Position numbers and translations under genes: made by a program
Part shown: positions 60,182 through 64,000 of the stretch, one piece after another
Layout of the letters: the number at the start of each line of letters is the position of its first letter
Numbering within the stretch: position 1 is the stretch's first letter
The notes under the pieces: generated by a model
Told to the model about the DNA's origin: nothing
The model's input: the letters and a program-made list of their open reading frames with translations, nothing else
The model's database searches: none
Source of the DNA: Antedon mediterranea
Taxonomy: Eukaryota > Animalia > Echinodermata
Length of the DNA: 64,000 nt
Direction of reading: 5' to 3'
NCBI RefSeq assembly: GCF_964355755.1
Contig: NC_092673.1
Coordinates: 16,526,948 to 16,590,947, forward strand

Positions 60182-62022
60182 TGTGTCTTCTACTGACTGA
60201 CTGACTGACGTTCACGATCTAACGTTACCGCTCCAAGAATTCAATACTACAATACATTGTTTCTTGTAATATTGATATTGCTATACCTTTCAATGTTCAT
60301 AAATGTCAATATGCTGGTGTCTCCTATTCCATCTATCTTTGGTACAGTTCTTGAGGATGAGGATACTAAAGACTGGATGGGGATAGACAAAGGTTCTGAC
60401 GGCGAGGATAGTTATTGAAAACGAAGAAGAATGTGTAAGAATTTGTATAGGCCTAATCATGATCTAGAGTAGAAGTGAGTTATGTTAACAGATTGTGTGT
60501 GCTCAAAATAATCCATTAATCAAAATAATTATGCATTTTTAATTGTTGATTTTATATATGAAGATGATAATAAAATTGAAAGAAATTAAAGTGTATTCTT
60601 TATTCGTATTCATTGTTTAAGTGTGTAAAATTTCATGTAGATCCAGTAATAATAACTAATGGTATCCAATGCGAATGTGTTGTGGTTATTGAATAGAACC
60701 AATGTAATGGTCCACTGAACTTCAAAGGCTGCTTTCTAATTGTTGATAATCTATTGAATTCGGAAGTAATCTATTGAATTCGGAGGTGATTTGTTGAAAT
60801 CGGGTCATATTTAATTGCCTTGAAAGAAATATAAAGCAAGTTACATATTTTTTTGGAAAGTTTAAAGAATGGAGATTAATATAATAATAATAATAATAAA
60901 ATTTTAATTTCAACACAAGGCTCCTTTTGTGGTGACACTAGCCATATTTTCTTTTATTATCCCTAACACGATGTTCTCTAAAAAAAAAAATTGACCATAA
61001 CATGTCACTTTGTAAACTAAACGGTATACATTCTTTTAGTTATAGTTGTTCACTAACACGATTTATTCGATAATGAACCCTAATTAAAAAAAACAAACAA
61101 AAGTGTATTCGAAGTTATACTAAACGGTATATTAATAGAAGACAAAGTATTTGTTATCGATGAAGGGATAATGAAATTGATATTATTATAATTTAAACGG
61201 CGTGTTTAGTATTTTGTAGTCCTGATAACGAATACAATAAGTAGTTCGCCCTCTATTGACAAATAATATACCTGCGTTATATGCCGCGTGACAGACAATA
61301 ATTATAGGCCTATTGTGTTTCTAAATGGGTATATTTTAGTTTTATTATAGAAGCTCTGTAACGCGATGTTGTCGATAAAGGGATAATGAATTGATAAAAG
61401 GATAATGAATTGATGATTGAGTGAGAAGTATAAGGAATGATCTAGAAGGTTATGAACATAATATTGTATAAGGCGATGTATGTTCTCTCTTGTGTGTAAA
61501 CTGAATGCTTAAACATTGACGCACACTGTCATTGAGGTCGAAGTAATCATTGGATACGGATGCGTGTTACTGCTATATCAGGATCAGGACTGCATTATTC
61601 AAACACATAAAACACTGAGAGTAATAAAGAGAATCTATGCTTGATTGTTTTACACTCGAAAAATTTATTAGTATTTTGTAATAAAATAAAGGTAATTCAA
61701 ATTGTTACATGATGCATTAATAAATTAATTAATGTTCATAAACGTCCAAATACTAGTTTTCTAGAATTTGTATTAAAATAATGTCTGCTATCTGTCTATG
61801 TAGCAGATATATGTTCATGTTTCGTTCTGTTCTGCATACGGGATGTGTGTGTGTGTGTCTTCTACTGACTGGCTGACGTTCACGATTTAACGTTACCGCT
61901 CCAAGAATTCAATACTACAATACATTGTTTGTTGTAATATTGATATTGCTATACCTTTCAATGTTCATAAATGTCAATATGCTGGTGCTTCCTATTCCAT
62001 CTATCTTTGGTACAGTTCTTGA
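59197..62022. repeat. Direct repeat ~1.15 kb: 59197-60354 and 60902-62022
   Basis: Near-identical from tttaatttcaacacaaggctcc to ggtacagttcttga; includes the 3' end of the AlkB-like gene. Confidence 0.9.
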
Positions 62023-62628
62023 CCATTCATTGATTGTTTCAGAATTTATTACCAGCATCGAACCGTGCTCCATTTTTATGTTCACAGGTTTAATGTTTTT
62101 GTTGGTGCGGTGTTCGAATCTACAGATTCTAGTAGGTCCCAGAGACATAATGCATACAGGACTTATTTTGCTCCTTTGTACATCATTAAGATAGCATTCC
62201 GCTGAATCCTCTGCTCTTGTCAAAGTTACCATATTGTAAAAATGACCAGTCGCAATGTGTATCCATTCACGCATTTCGAGTAGAAACTTTGGCCAGTAAC
62301 ACAGAGGACTTCTCGCTGTGTCGTCGATGTTTGTGTGAACTCCTATTTGGAATGACAACTCCAAATCACCGTACGCTGCACATCTAATGTGATCTACTTC
62401 AGTGATCACATCGCGTAACTTATATAGAGAATCGAATAAATGTGTTTTCCTACATTGTTTTAAAATAGTGTCTGCTATCAGTCTATGTAGCAGATGTACA
62501 CGAACGCATTTCATGTTATCTTCCGGTCTGCATACGGTGTGTGAATGAAAGCCGAAATAAAACTCATCTTCTGACTGGCTGACGTTCATGATTACTTTAT
62601 TGCTACAAGAATTCACTACAACTTCCAA
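61915..62628 (-). CDS. AlkB (ALKBH2/3)-like 2OG-Fe(II) fold protein, predicted inactive
   Basis: TGHFYN, IMSLGPTRICRF, MEHGSMLVI, EWSRTVPK, LTF follow the ALKBH2/3 pattern; HxD, distal H and RxxxxxR absent; ORF start is non-ATG, so true start uncertain. Confidence 0.75.
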   Translation of the reverse strand: MEVVVNSCSNKVIMNVSQSEDEFYFGFHSHTVCRPEDNMKCVRVHLLHRLIADTILKQCRKTHLFDSLYKLRDVITEVDHIRCAAYGDLELSFQIGVHTNIDDTARSPLCYWPKFLLEMREWIHIATGHFYNMVTLTRAEDSAECYLNDVQRSKISPVCIMSLGPTRICRFEHRTNKNIKPVNIKMEHGSMLVINSETINEWSRTVPKIDGIGSTSILTFMNIERYSNINITTNNVL

Positions 62629-62680
62629 TTAAAGTTTGAAACTAAAACTCCATACTGGTCGATTTTTATACTTTGCGATG

Positions 62681-63624
62681 AAGGTTAACTACACGCGTTG
62701 TCAACAAACAACGAAACCGATGAATGATTGTCGATTATACTGATGTGTATGTGTGGTGCGCGCTTTAAAATTCGTATTGAATATATCGTGCCTTCTCTTC
62801 CTCCTACCCGGCTTAATTTGCGTATGGTTTTCGAATGATGATCATGAAACACACAAACGGGTGTAATTCCATCGTTAGTTACTTTAGTGTTACAATAAAA
62901 CCGTCTCTCGGCAATATGATGGAAATAAGCGTCACTGTCGGTAAATGTATACACCGGTCCCAAAGAGTCAGGGTCAATTACTTTTTTTTAAGAAATATGT
63001 TTAATGTGTATTATTATTATTATAGTTTAATATAAGCGTATTTTATAAATTTAATCTCCATTGATTCTATCATCATATTTTAAAATCAAAATGCTATGTT
63101 TTAAATTCTATTTGGGTTTCTCTCTCTCTCTCTCTCTCTCTCCCTCTCCCTCTCCTTCTCTCCTTATTAATTTAGATTCGACTATGTAGAAACGGAATTT
63201 AATTTCCAAATTAAAACACTGCATTGTAACAATATTATAATCGGTCTGCTTTTCTTTTATCGATGATGACAATAGAAATAAGGGTAGGGCGTGTGTATGT
63301 ATCACCGCCGGTCAGTGTACACACCAGGTCACAAAGCTTTAAAGAAATATTTTTAATTGTTATCCCGAATATGTGTGTTAGAGTAATTCGTTTTGGTATA
63401 TAATCATTTTGGTATACTAACAATTTGAACAAGCTGCCTCTACGCGCCTAGTCGTAAATCCAATCCTAGATTCTATATTTACCGATATTGCGCCCCCTAT
63501 ATAGTTTTTGATAAATTACTAATAATGTTATGGTATCGATAGATTGTAAGCCAGCTGAATGGTTAGTTCTTGAGTCTCGTAATGTAACGCTGTAGCATTA
63601 GGCTAGGGTTCGAGAATTGATTTG

Positions 63625-63659
<35 letters not shown>

Positions 63660-64000
63660 TAATATTTGTTTTACTCACCATCTTCTTTATTGACCATAGT
63701 TAAGGTTAACTACACGCGATTTGTCAACAAACAACGAAACCGATGAATGATTGTCGATTACACTGATGTGTATGTGTGGTGCGCGCTTTTAAATTCGTAT
63801 TGAATATATCGTGCCTCCTCTTCCTCCTACCCGGCTTAATTTGCGTATGGTTTTCGAATGATGATCATGAAATACACAAACGGGTGTAATTCCATCGTTA
63901 GTTACTTTAGTGTTTCAATAAAACCGTCTCTGCAATATCATGGAAATAAGCGTCACTGTCGGTAAATGTATACACCGGTCCCAAAGAGTCAGGGTCAATT
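62681..64000. repeat. Direct repeat ~300 bp: 62681-62978 and ~63702-64000 (runs off window)
   Basis: aaggttaactacacgcg...ccaaagagtcagggtcaatt present twice with few indels. Confidence 0.9.

Larger units (their letters stand above)
40429..64000. mobile_element. Endogenous large-DNA-virus-like (or giant mobile) element; right end not defined
   Basis: Abrupt switch to tightly packed or overlapping intronless ORFs on both strands, higher GC/CpG; replication, kinase and anti-apoptotic genes; repeated non-coding blocks. Confidence 0.75.

Noticed and set aside
62685-62963. 92-aa minus-strand ORF in the 300-bp repeat
   Set aside because: Non-ATG start, second copy has frameshifting indels, no motif recognised

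Overview
AT-rich animal (probably marine invertebrate) genomic DNA in three zones. (1) About 1-14.6 kb: the 3' part of an intron-rich host gene on +. I reconstruct it as COR (ROCO-type) domain, tandem death-fold (DED-like) domains, SSGAGV repeat linker, then two possible membrane-anchoring C-termini (polybasic+CaaX or a double TM segment). Its introns carry nested non-autonomous DNA transposons and a ~590-bp-arm inverted repeat. (2) About 14.7-40.4 kb: satellites, MITEs and a decayed Gmr1-like Gypsy element containing a LINE fragment, an intact young BEL/Pao retrotransposon and a DNA transposon. (3) About 40.4 kb to at least 63 kb: a gene-dense, nearly intronless, CpG-rich virus-like island. 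It encodes a family-B polymerase that looks derived from cellular Pol alpha, lying tail-to-tail with a very divergent PRIM1-like primase. It also carries a TBP-like protein, two paralogous kinases, a CARD-caspase lacking its S1 arginines, a 3xBIR-RING IAP, an intron-containing ABIN-2/CEP55-like gene, a pseudo-AlkB and several orphan ORFs, followed by repeated non-coding blocks. No capsid, terminase or integrase is recognisable in the window. All homology calls are by-eye comparisons with remembered family motifs; no searches were run.
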